A stretch of 64,000 nucleotides of DNA from Longimicrobiales bacterium (GTDB taxonomy: Bacteria > Gemmatimonadota > Gemmatimonadetes > Longimicrobiales > Gaopeijiaceae), in contig CBDFMQ010000002.1 in the NCBI GenBank assembly GCA_965249725.1, positions 1,504,001 through 1,568,000 on the forward strand, read 5' to 3'. The notes under the pieces are model-generated. The model worked only from the letters and a program-made list of their open reading frames with translations. It made no database searches and was not told the origin of the DNA. Positions 29,820 through 38,513 of this stretch are shown piece after piece. A program made the translations under genes and the position numbers. The first letter of the stretch is position 1; every line of letters starts with the position of its first letter.

Positions 29820-29855
29820 CTCTAACTCCTATTGTACTGCACTATTTCGCCCCCA
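29820..29855 (-). other. Probable attI (array entry site)
   Basis: Core GTTAGAG complementary to the R'' of cassette 1, preceded by non-attC sequence (gaaatagtgcagtacaatagga). Confidence 0.55.
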
Positions 29856-29860
29856 TCATC

Positions 29861-30558
29861 GATGGTGTCCCGCTGACAGTTGAAGGTGGTGGCTCCGGAG
29901 AGTCTCCTTGTTAGCCTGCCTTTCTCATTTCGGCAACCGGTTCATGGTCGTCGAGGTGGGCTTTGAGCATCCAGAGCTGGTCGAAGCCGATGATCCTCCG
30001 GTAGCTCTTCTCGGTCTCCACGAACGAGGCCGCGGCCCATCTGAGGGCCATCGCTCCGTTCTTCCAGTTGGTCACCCTGTGGGTCTTCTGTCTTACGCCC
30101 GAGTGGGTGCTGTCGATCAGGTTGGTCGAGCCCAGGCACTTCCTCAGCCGCGGCGGGAGGCCGAGCCGGTTGATCGTGAACATCTCGCTGAGGCCTTCGC
30201 GTAGGCTGGCCGAGGCCGAGGGGTGGTCGCGCTCGAGCCATCGGGCGAGCTGCTCGAGCTTCTGCTCGCCCTGCTTCGCGTCCAGCTTCATCGCCGCCCG
30301 GAACGCCGCCTTCACCTGAGGATGCTGATCCTTCGGCAGATGACCCAGCACGTTGCGGAGCTTGTGGTTGCGGCAGCGCTGGATGGGGTGACGTTGGCCG
30401 AACACCTTCTCGATCGCCTTCCTGAGCGCTTTCGAGCCGTCGATCACGAACAGCCGCCGCCTGCCCGGGTCCAGGCCGCGCTCGACCAGATCCTCTAGGA
30501 GCGCGCTGGTCACCTCGGCGTTCTCACTCGCTCCTTCCCTCACGCCCAGCACGTGCTT
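29861..30558 (-). mobile_element. Truncated IS256-family element (3' half of transposase plus one terminal IR)
   Basis: VLGVREGASEN...LFVIDGSKAL...QRCRNHKLRN...STNLIDS; terminus GATGGTGTCCCG..AGTTGAA; N-terminal half missing. Confidence 0.85.
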
Positions 30559-30559
30559 G

Positions 30560-30812
30560 GATAAGCTCGGGGGAAGGAAGCACGCCCGACCAGGTGGTGG
30601 TGGTTGAGGTCTTCTTCGCACCGGATCGGGTTCGCCGGCGTGAGTCTGTGAGCGTCGATACGTACTATCGCATCCAATACGCACTCCGGCCCCGTGCTGG
30701 CTGCGATACACTTGCTGTTCGTTTCACACCTCCCAACGGGATCACCCATGTAGAGAAGCTCGGCAAATGTGAAGATCACGTCGTGGACTACGTCATCCCC
30801 CCAGGCGAATAG
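30560..30812 (+). pseudogene. 5'-truncated paralog of the 30823-31596 gene
   Basis: VVVEVFFAPDRV...CDTLAVRF...LGKCEDHVVDYVIPPGE aligns with the neighbour's C-terminus. Confidence 0.65.
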
Positions 30813-30822
30813 GGGAGGAACC

Positions 30823-31596
30823 ATGTCTGCGACGAGTAAGACTCTGAGCCGTTTGCGGGTTATGCGTCTGTTCCTCGTTGTCATGCCGTCGCTCTGGGCG
30901 TGCAGCACGTGGGAGCCCATCTCTATCGAAACTCTCGGGCCTGAGCCTCACCCGTCTTCTGTCAGAGTCTACAGAGGTCCGCTGTACGAATCCCTCCACG
31001 ATGTGCATGTCTTCGCCGACACGCTTCTGGTCGGCGTCACGCGCACCGGAACGACAGTTTGGGTCGAGAGCATATCCCTCGATCAAGTCACGAACATCGA
31101 GCAATCCAAGGGTGTTGATCTCGGCAAGACCGTCCTTGCCGTTGGCGGCGGCGCGGTGATCGCAGCGGCGGCGGTGACCGTATATCCGGCAGTGGCGGTG
31201 GTCTGCGACGACGACCCCTTCGACTGTGACCGAGCCCCACCCCCTCGGAAGAAGAGTACTGCCGAAACCGTGTGGGACCTCGCTCGCGCAGACTGGGCAC
31301 CCCGTCGGGACACGACCCCACCACCACCGCCTCTGTTCGTGGGCGGCTGGGTCAGCGCGCCCGGTGATAACCCAGATCACAGGGTGATGGTCGAACTCTT
31401 CGACGCACCGGATCGAGTCCTCCACCGTGAGCGTGTTCGAGTCAACGGATCGTATCGTATCAACTACCCTCGCGGCTTGATGCATTGCGAGACCCTGGCT
31501 GTGCGCTTCACGACGCCCGACGGACTCACCCACCTCGGTGAGCTTGGCAGTTGTGGTCAGCATGTCGTTGATCTCGACATCCTCCCCGGCGAGTAG
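30823..31596 (+). CDS. Hypothetical lipoprotein
   Basis: GGAGG RBS, LWAC lipobox, Pro-rich linker, Cys-containing C-terminal domain. Confidence 0.6.
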   Translation: MSATSKTLSRLRVMRLFLVVMPSLWACSTWEPISIETLGPEPHPSSVRVYRGPLYESLHDVHVFADTLLVGVTRTGTTVWVESISLDQVTNIEQSKGVDLGKTVLAVGGGAVIAAAAVTVYPAVAVVCDDDPFDCDRAPPPRKKSTAETVWDLARADWAPRRDTTPPPPPLFVGGWVSAPGDNPDHRVMVELFDAPDRVLHRERVRVNGSYRINYPRGLMHCETLAVRFTTPDGLTHLGELGSCGQHVVDLDILPGE

Positions 31597-31729
31597 AGGG
31601 AGACCATGTCTACCACCAGCAACGGCTTCCTGAGCCAGTTCGGTCTCCTGACGATTGTAGCGTCTCCGCTGATCTCCTTGTGGTGGCTGGAGGCGTGCGT
31701 CGACCCTGGTACGACTTCGTATCGCTGCG

Positions 31730-32127
31730 ACTAAGCACAGCACCCCTTCTCCGGGACCAGCACCCCGCCCGCTCTCCACGCCAGCGACCGTGGTCATCGC
31801 TGGGGGTTCCCCGCTCGCATCCACCAGCACATGCCCAACCGGCTGCCTGAGCAACTCAAGCCTTAGATCCTGCAGAAACAGCATACGTGCATCATCAGCC
31901 ATCCCTTCCAGCACCTGCACATGTTCGGGTGACACCCGCACCGTTACCTGGAGGAAGAGGTGGTTGTAGTCGGCCTTCTTGAGAGCCACCAGCGTAGAGA
32001 ACGTCTGCCCCGTGACAGAGAGCGCCCACTCGTACGGAACGTCTTCCTGGAGGTCGAGTTCCTCGTACGAGAGTTCGAGACCCGTCAGCCAATCTTGAAC
32101 GGTCTCTTTATCGATCTTGCCCGCCAT
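31730..32127 (-). pseudogene. DUF2299-like protein, 3' end apparently disrupted
   Basis: VQDWL...VRVSPEH...FLQDLRLELL; the ORF then runs antisense through the neighbouring gene. Confidence 0.4.
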
Positions 32128-32757
32128 GTACCCCTTGGGTTGTCATTCTTGGCTGTTGGAACAAGGTATCGACTGGGGGGAGCCAAAGGATAAGGCCCGC
32201 CATCCCAATGCCGCAACCATCCCAAAATGGTCCCATCCTGACATTCTCCCGCCGGTCCGTCCTACCCAGATTATCGGTCATGGGTATGTACGACATGATG
32301 ATGGACGGCGCGGTGGGCTGGAGGCCACGGTACGACAGCCTCACGCCCACCCAAGAGCCCATCACCGGACCGCGGCTCACTGTCCAGTGCACCTATCCCG
32401 GTACGAGCCTAGCCCCAACCGTGATCACATTCGGACTCTCGCCGCGCTACGGCTATTCGACTGCTCGGGAGGCACATGAGCTATTTCCTCAGATTAGTAC
32501 GCGAGCAGAAGGAATTCGAGGTCGATACAGATCGGGCAGGCAGGCTTCCGATCCCGTTCGTTAGCGGGACCGTCAAGAGCGTGCATTCTTCGATTTCCCC
32601 CTGAGGGCCCTTCGACCCCATCTCGGTTTCGCCATCTTTTGGACATGCGCCGTGCTTTCTGGTTGTTCGTCCTGCTCGTTTGCTACTATCTCTTCGTCGG
32701 GTGATGGCCGCGTGTGATCGCCATGTGCGGCACCGCCTCTCAACATCGTTCTCAAAC

Positions 32758-33111
32758 TCAAGCACCCCGCCGTCTCTGAAGAAAATCCCGTACATCGTTC
32801 TCCGGTAAGCTCGGGCCCCATCCGTTCGTCCGCTTAACAGGCAGATCACCCCGACGGATACGGGGTCGCCCTCTCTCACCAGCGTTCGGGATCGTGCCCG
32901 CGGCCACCATCTTGCGCAGATGGTCTATCGAGTAGTTGGACTCGAGTGCGGCCTCCACGAGTGTCAGTGTCTCGTCTTGGTCGTCCCTCAACGCCTCGTC
33001 CACCTCAACGGCCAATCGGCGAATCAGCTTGCCAGTGACCTCATGCCCACACCGTTCCACTGTCTCGGCTTCGTTACGCCACCGGGTGAGTAGTTCCTGC
33101 ATCGCGTTCAT
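32758..33111 (-). CDS. Excisionase-like HTH protein
   Basis: LTLVEAALESNYSIDHLRKMVAAGTIPNAG...RIRRGDL (MerR/Xis-type winged HTH). Confidence 0.65.
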   Translation of the reverse strand: MNAMQELLTRWRNEAETVERCGHEVTGKLIRRLAVEVDEALRDDQDETLTLVEAALESNYSIDHLRKMVAAGTIPNAGERGRPRIRRGDLPVKRTNGWGPSLPENDVRDFLQRRRGA

Positions 33112-33271
33112 TTCGAGATGCCTCGACCAGGCTTTTCGGTGCCCCGAATAGCCCTGTCACATGCTGTGACGGCAGGAGGTTGGGGCTGTAAGTCGTTGTC
33201 CCATATGGCCGACACTACCCAATGCATCCCGCGTGCATCCGAAACCGCCCTCGAATCGCCATTTCGCCGCA

Positions 33272-34915
33272 TTAGAAGGGGTACCTTCGCTGGAGGCGTT
33301 GTTGGCGTGCATGGCGCTCAAATAGGCGCTCCAAGCCGTAGTCCGTATTCCGCTCCCGCTTCTTCAATTTCTCGGGTCTCTTGAAAGCGGGGCGAGAGCG
33401 AACCCAGTTCCAGAAAACCGCGGCGTCGCCCTTGTCTGGGCTGCGCCCCAAACGCTCACGGATCTTTTCCTTCGGCTCGACAAGGATCTTGCCGTTGCGG
33501 GTAAGCCAGGTGGGGGTCGTGAGGTCGTCGAAGAGCTCTCGATCGTCGGGAAGGGCGATGTGACCACGCTGAAGATCCGTGCGTAGCTTCCAGTACATCT
33601 GAGCACGCAGGTTCGCGAACTGCTCGTCAGAGTACACAGCTCTTCCCGTCCTCGCCCGTGCCTCACTGTCCAGACCGCCGGTGGGTTTCGTCCCCGCGTT
33701 GAGGCTTCGCACGTAAGAGCCCATCTGCTTCAGGGCTCCGACTGCCCCAGCTCCTACGCCGACACTATCCACCCCCACCCGCCTTGGGTCGATGCCGTCG
33801 GCCTGGATCAGCGCTCCTACATCGATACCGAGTTGAACTGGATCGGGACACGCGAAGGAGCGGACCTCCAACAAGCAGGCTCCCTTCCCTTGGGCGATCG
33901 CCGCCTTGTCGCCCGCCTCGCTGGCCGCCACATCCACACCAAGAGCCATCACCCCCTGACGGAATGTTGGATCTGCATAGCGTGTGGCAGCCTCTTCACA
34001 CCACTCGAGATTGATGAGTGCGTCCTCGGCTTCTGCCGGAGAGATACCACGTATCCGAGAGCGGTAAAGGCGGCTGTCCTCGCCATATTTCCGCGCCCTC
34101 TTGTGAACCGATTCAAGTGAGACCGCACCAGGTACGATGTCCGCGTCGTCACAAACAACGTTCGGGTGGTCGAGGCCGGATATGCGCACATGCTCAACGT
34201 CTGGAGACGTGCAGAAGCGGTGTAGCTCGTCGTGCTGGCTGTCCGGGTTCCCTACGCAGATGCGGAGGTTGTGAGGGCCTGTGGACGTGTTCTCTAACGC
34301 CGTCATGACCGCCGGCGCGAGACCCGGCATCTCCTCAACGATGAGGAGCATGTGCTCAGCGTGGGCGCCCTGAGCTCGTGTAGCCGACTGCTCTCCAGAC
34401 CCAACACCGACAGCGTATCCCCACGCGCCCCACTGGTCTGATTTCGGAATCATGCGTAACCGGAGATCGGTCAGTTCAGCCTGTGGGAAGTGCGGCTTGA
34501 ACGCCGGCCACAGCTTCCGCATCTCGGCCCACATGAAGAGCCGAAGCTGATCCTCCTTTGGGGCATACGAGAACACGCGAGCATCGGGCCAGCAGGCGAC
34601 GAACCAGAAGGTCAGACACGCGAGCATAAAGCTCTTGCCGGCACCTGTCGCGGACTCGACACCTACGTCTCCGCCCAGGGCGAGTGCGTCGGCCATCCGC
34701 ATCAGCGGCTCGACAGTGCCGTCCCACTTGTGGTCGCGGTATCCCGTGTTGATCGACCACCGCAACGTGCGTTCATCGACGCCTAGGACATCGACGATCC
34801 AGCCGATTGGCTTCTGCTGGTAATCGCTGTGAACTGTGGTGGCATTGCCTTCCTTCTTGAGGCGTATCGCCCGCAGCACCGTCCTGGCCTGACCAGCATC
34901 GCGGATCATTGCCAC
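33272..34915 (-). CDS. terL: Phage terminase large subunit
   Basis: Walker A SATGAGKS, Walker B LLIVEE, coupling motif VGNP, nuclease LGVDVA, VGVDSVGVG, RSPDKGDA. Confidence 0.88.
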   Translation of the reverse strand: MAMIRDAGQARTVLRAIRLKKEGNATTVHSDYQQKPIGWIVDVLGVDERTLRWSINTGYRDHKWDGTVEPLMRMADALALGGDVGVESATGAGKSFMLACLTFWFVACWPDARVFSYAPKEDQLRLFMWAEMRKLWPAFKPHFPQAELTDLRLRMIPKSDQWGAWGYAVGVGSGEQSATRAQGAHAEHMLLIVEEMPGLAPAVMTALENTSTGPHNLRICVGNPDSQHDELHRFCTSPDVEHVRISGLDHPNVVCDDADIVPGAVSLESVHKRARKYGEDSRLYRSRIRGISPAEAEDALINLEWCEEAATRYADPTFRQGVMALGVDVAASEAGDKAAIAQGKGACLLEVRSFACPDPVQLGIDVGALIQADGIDPRRVGVDSVGVGAGAVGALKQMGSYVRSLNAGTKPTGGLDSEARARTGRAVYSDEQFANLRAQMYWKLRTDLQRGHIALPDDRELFDDLTTPTWLTRNGKILVEPKEKIRERLGRSPDKGDAAVFWNWVRSRPAFKRPEKLKKRERNTDYGLERLFERHARQQRLQRRYPF

Positions 34916-35400
34916 ACCTGCTGCTTCAGAGCGTCCATCAACTCGTCATCACCAAGCGCCTCGAGTTCCTTCATCTTCGAGACAGGCAGAGACGCCAACC
35001 GTTCCAAGACATCGACCTTCAACTCAAGGCGATCCTTGAACATCCCGAGATGTTGGCCGAGGTGACGCAGTGCCTGGTTCGCCACAGCACCGTCGTATCG
35101 ATACTCGCCTGTGGGAGTGCCCTGACGGTCCGTCACGGGCTTCGCCTGCATCGCCCGCCCAACGTTCTCCACGAGCTTGGTAATCACCCAGTCAGCCGTG
35201 ATTTCTGTTCGCTCGACGCGCTCCTGTAACGCCTTATCAATTTGGGCGGCTACCTTAGCGTTCCTTAACAGCCTGTGACCCGCGACCTCGGCCCCGTTCG
35301 GGCTGTACCCGGCGCGACGTGCTGCACCCGTAGCGTTCAAGTCCACCAGGTACTCGTGGACGAACGCCTGCTGCTTCGGGGTGAGTCTGGGGGTGTTCAC
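34906..35400 (-). CDS. terS: Phage terminase small subunit (Terminase_2-like)
   Basis: LTPKQQAFVHEYLVDLNATGAARRAGYS...ALRHLGQHLGMF. Confidence 0.92.
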   Translation of the reverse strand: MNTPRLTPKQQAFVHEYLVDLNATGAARRAGYSPNGAEVAGHRLLRNAKVAAQIDKALQERVERTEITADWVITKLVENVGRAMQAKPVTDRQGTPTGEYRYDGAVANQALRHLGQHLGMFKDRLELKVDVLERLASLPVSKMKELEALGDDELMDALKQQVWQ

Positions 35401-35439
35401 CGGTGAGCCCCTCCCTGCACTTCCTTCGGGTCATCAAGG

Positions 35440-35730
35440 TCACCCCAATAGGGAGCGGGGAACTTCCTCGCATCTGACTCCTTGCAGCGCCGGAAGTTCT
35501 CCAGCGACTGCTGCAGCCACTCGATGACTCTCGAATAGGTCTTCCGGGTAGAGCCACACCGCCCCCCCCGGCTCCAAGTTGTCCAGGTCTCGGGTACTGT
35601 CGAACTCTTCCAGCAACAGCTTTGGCGGCTCATCTAGGTTGCCGGGGTCAACCTGAAACAGCATCAGAAGCCGGTCGTGACTGAGTTCGAGGTTGTCCAA
35701 CCAATCAGGGGCCGTGGGTTCGGGTCTCAT
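35440..35730 (-). CDS. Hypothetical protein
   Basis: Translationally coupled (ATGA overlap) within the rep-ter operon. Confidence 0.45.
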   Translation of the reverse strand: MRPEPTAPDWLDNLELSHDRLLMLFQVDPGNLDEPPKLLLEEFDSTRDLDNLEPGGAVWLYPEDLFESHRVAAAVAGELPALQGVRCEEVPRSLLG

Positions 35731-36134
35731 TTGTGGGCTTCCTCAGGTTTGAGCGACTCCAGATTGTCCCTAAGGATCGCCTCGAGGACTGTTCTCAGGT
35801 CTTCGTAACCCGGCTGTGCCGTGATTCTGAGAAGCATCATCTGGGTGTCACTGTTCGTGATGCATAGATGATTCCAACAGAGCTTCTCCAGGTCCACTAG
35901 AGCCGCTAAGTGCAGTGGCCGTTGAAGGACCTCGTGCACATGCGGATGGTCCCGGACGAGCTGGTCGAGGATCTTGCCGTGCTTGGCCACCTGCTCGATG
36001 GCCGTGTACGCCACATCGTGATCCCAGGAAAGGCGGTCACAGATGTCCAGCACGGTCCGAGCGTGGGCGCGTTTGGAGACGGCCACCGCAAGTATCTCCA
36101 ACTCCAGCTTGTTCTTGTCCACGAATACCGTCAT
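35727..36134 (-). CDS. Hypothetical protein
   Basis: 4-bp overlaps with both neighbours. Confidence 0.55.
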   Translation of the reverse strand: MTVFVDKNKLELEILAVAVSKRAHARTVLDICDRLSWDHDVAYTAIEQVAKHGKILDQLVRDHPHVHEVLQRPLHLAALVDLEKLCWNHLCITNSDTQMMLLRITAQPGYEDLRTVLEAILRDNLESLKPEEAHK

Positions 36135-37045
36135 GGCCAGAGTGCTTCTTCGTCGGGTAAAGCCTGACGGATACGGTGGGTGCGGTAGTCGATCTCGATT
36201 GGGATGTCTCCCTCCCTACCGTGTCGGTTCTTAGCCACCAGCAGCCACGTTCGCGTGATGTGCTCATCGTCCTCACGCCTAGTGTGGTCGAGCAGCCAGC
36301 CGAAGTGGGCTTGCTTGGAGAGCAGCGGGCAGCTGTCGAGGCTCTCGATGGTTGGGCGCACCTTGGGTGCGGAGCTCTGCCGATTGAACTGGCTCGCCAC
36401 CACCACGAGGGAGCCGGTGGATTCCATGAAGCTCACGATGCCCCGCACAGCGTCTTTCAGGGCACTGAAGTGGCGGGTATCGCTCTCGAGACTCAGGAGC
36501 TGGAAATAGTCGATCAGGAAGACACGAACCCCGGAGCTCGAATTCATCGTCGCCATCCACCCGAGTGCGTCATCGACAGCCGTAAGAGACGCGGCCATCT
36601 GGTTGGTCAGCAGACGACCCCACGATCCTTCTCGGGTCTTCTGCTCGATCGTCTCACGGACGTGCTCGGCTTCCATTGAGTCGAAGTGACGGCCCGGAGA
36701 GAGATGCTTTGCGGGCACGTTGGTCAGGATCGACCAGATCGCGGGCGTCGCCTCCGCCGCGTCGATCTCGAGGCTCACGAGCCCAACGTTGACGGCCTGT
36801 TGGATGAAGTCGGCGGCGAGGTTCCAGAGCAATCGGGTCTTGTTGTTTCCGGTCTTCCCGCCCACAACGGCGAGCTTCCCGAGTGGAATCGCGCCCGGCG
36901 TCACGTGATATACCCACTCGCCCAACGACGGCACGCCCGTGCTGAGCACGTAGTCCTCGCCATGGCTCTTCCCCATTTCGGCCAACGCCTGCTGCTCTGC
37001 GGCCCAGACGCGGCTGACGACATCTACCGTGACCAGGTCGTTCAC
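36131..37045 (-). CDS. DnaB-like (SF4) helicase, C-terminal domain only
   Basis: GGKTGNNKT, VSLE, LIDYFQLL, ASQFNR, AKNRHG. Confidence 0.8.
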   Translation of the reverse strand: MNDLVTVDVVSRVWAAEQQALAEMGKSHGEDYVLSTGVPSLGEWVYHVTPGAIPLGKLAVVGGKTGNNKTRLLWNLAADFIQQAVNVGLVSLEIDAAEATPAIWSILTNVPAKHLSPGRHFDSMEAEHVRETIEQKTREGSWGRLLTNQMAASLTAVDDALGWMATMNSSSGVRVFLIDYFQLLSLESDTRHFSALKDAVRGIVSFMESTGSLVVVASQFNRQSSAPKVRPTIESLDSCPLLSKQAHFGWLLDHTRREDDEHITRTWLLVAKNRHGREGDIPIEIDYRTHRIRQALPDEEALWP

Positions 37046-37827
37046 TGGACAAGCTCCTGGGACTGCGATCGCCTGGCTGCCAGGTACTTGGCCTTGCCGG
37101 CGTCTAGCTTGGGGAATTCGATCTTCTTCGGCGGTAGCGAGCGAGCGCCTTCTGCCTCGTTGCAGTTTCGGATGATCCCGCGGGCGTAGTTCTCGTCCTT
37201 ACCCTCAGCGGCATACCCCTTCTCGACGTAGATGCGAAGACCGGCGACGACCTTCGGGATCTCATGGTTTGCCCACCACTCGAACTCTTGGAGGATGACG
37301 CTGTCGGCGATCCGGTTCGTCTGACGAGTTGAGCGAAACGCGGCGACCGCGGAGTCGACAACTGCGAGCTGTTCGGGGGAGTAGCGAGTACGGTTTTCGA
37401 GAATCTCTTCTTCGGGGGTCTTTTCCGTACTACCCGTACTCTCCTCTATAGGGGGTGTGGGGGAAAGTTCATGAGAATGAACCTCTTCATGTGCCTCTTT
37501 GGCTTGATGTTCACCCTCGTGAACCTCTTCCGGGGATAGCACCGCTCGAAGCTCCGGCGCTTTGGGTCCACGACGGATCACCTTGAGCCATCCCTTCCTT
37601 GCTAGGGACGCCCTCACCTGCTTCACATGACTCTCGGACCGCCGGAGCAGCGTCATCAGGTACTCCGTGTCGGCATAGCAGCCGCGGTCCGCACCCTCTA
37701 GACTCCGCACCATCATCCAGAACCTGAATTCAGCATCGGTGAGTTCTCCTGCTGCCGTTGCCCGGGTCGCATCGAAGAGCTCTCGAAGCGTCGTCCGTCC
37801 ATCCTGCTTTCCTTTCTTTGCCATCAT
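37042..37827 (-). CDS. Putative replication initiator (N-terminal winged HTH)
   Basis: GCYADTEYLMTLLRRSESHVKQVRASLARKGWL; internal short repeats; directly upstream of the helicase. Confidence 0.6.
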   Translation of the reverse strand: MMAKKGKQDGRTTLRELFDATRATAAGELTDAEFRFWMMVRSLEGADRGCYADTEYLMTLLRRSESHVKQVRASLARKGWLKVIRRGPKAPELRAVLSPEEVHEGEHQAKEAHEEVHSHELSPTPPIEESTGSTEKTPEEEILENRTRYSPEQLAVVDSAVAAFRSTRQTNRIADSVILQEFEWWANHEIPKVVAGLRIYVEKGYAAEGKDENYARGIIRNCNEAEGARSLPPKKIEFPKLDAGKAKYLAARRSQSQELVQ

Positions 37828-37897
37828 GCTCCCTCACGAGCGGTATATGTGTGCCCGGCCCGGTGGTGAGGCACCGAGGAGGTCGAGACCTCACCCG

Positions 37898-38095
37898 CTA
37901 GTGCGAGCCCGAGCTTGGTTTCTTGTTCTTCATGACTTCCATGAGCGGGCGACCTTCGTCGAGCCGTCTCTGTCGCTCGCACATCTGGAGCAGGTGTTTG
38001 TCGCACGCCGCCTTGTGCCGCACCCAGCGTTCCTTTTCCTGATCTCGCCCAGTCACGCAGTCGAGGTGCTCGTCACCCGGTCTTGGTGCCATCAC
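37898..38095 (-). CDS. Small hypothetical protein
   Basis: Co-oriented within the leftward operon. Confidence 0.35.
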   Translation of the reverse strand: MMAPRPGDEHLDCVTGRDQEKERWVRHKAACDKHLLQMCERQRRLDEGRPLMEVMKNKKPSSGSH

Positions 38096-38350
38096 CTACA
38101 CACCCACCGTCCCGCCATGTCGTGCCGGGTGGTTCCGGTCACGCCGGGCGCGGAATTGCCGCAGATCGCCCAGACGGTAAAGATTGCTGCGCCCATTCCA
38201 TCCGCACGGCTGAGGCCGATCCCTTCGTGCGTCACTGGCCCACTGCCTGAGCGTCTGTTGGCCCACTCGAAGAAACCGAGCCGCTTCGTTGGTCGTCACG
38301 ATGCGGCGCCCATCTGCGGATTCCAGTTCAATCGTCGTGTCTGCGCACAC
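38096..38350 (-). CDS. HTH DNA-binding protein (Xis/AlpA/MerR-like)
   Basis: VTTNEAARFLRVGQQTLRQWAS...LYRLGDLRQF. Confidence 0.7.
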   Translation of the reverse strand: MCADTTIELESADGRRIVTTNEAARFLRVGQQTLRQWASDARRDRPQPCGWNGRSNLYRLGDLRQFRARRDRNHPARHGGTVGV

Positions 38351-38513
38351 GCTTTGTCCCTCCGCTTCTTGTGCAGGCCACCGTCCTCATGTATATTTGA
38401 GAGCGTTAGCCGGAGTAGCCATTCATATTGGATACACCAATCTAAGTCGAAGACGGATGAGGGTGTTAGCGGCATCCGCACTTGGCCCACACAACGACCC
38501 GGAGGCAGCCAGC

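Noticed and set aside
30793..32127. 444-aa minus-strand ORF as one protein
   Set aside because: Only the first ~110 aa look protein-like; the rest is antisense to the plus-strand lipoprotein gene.
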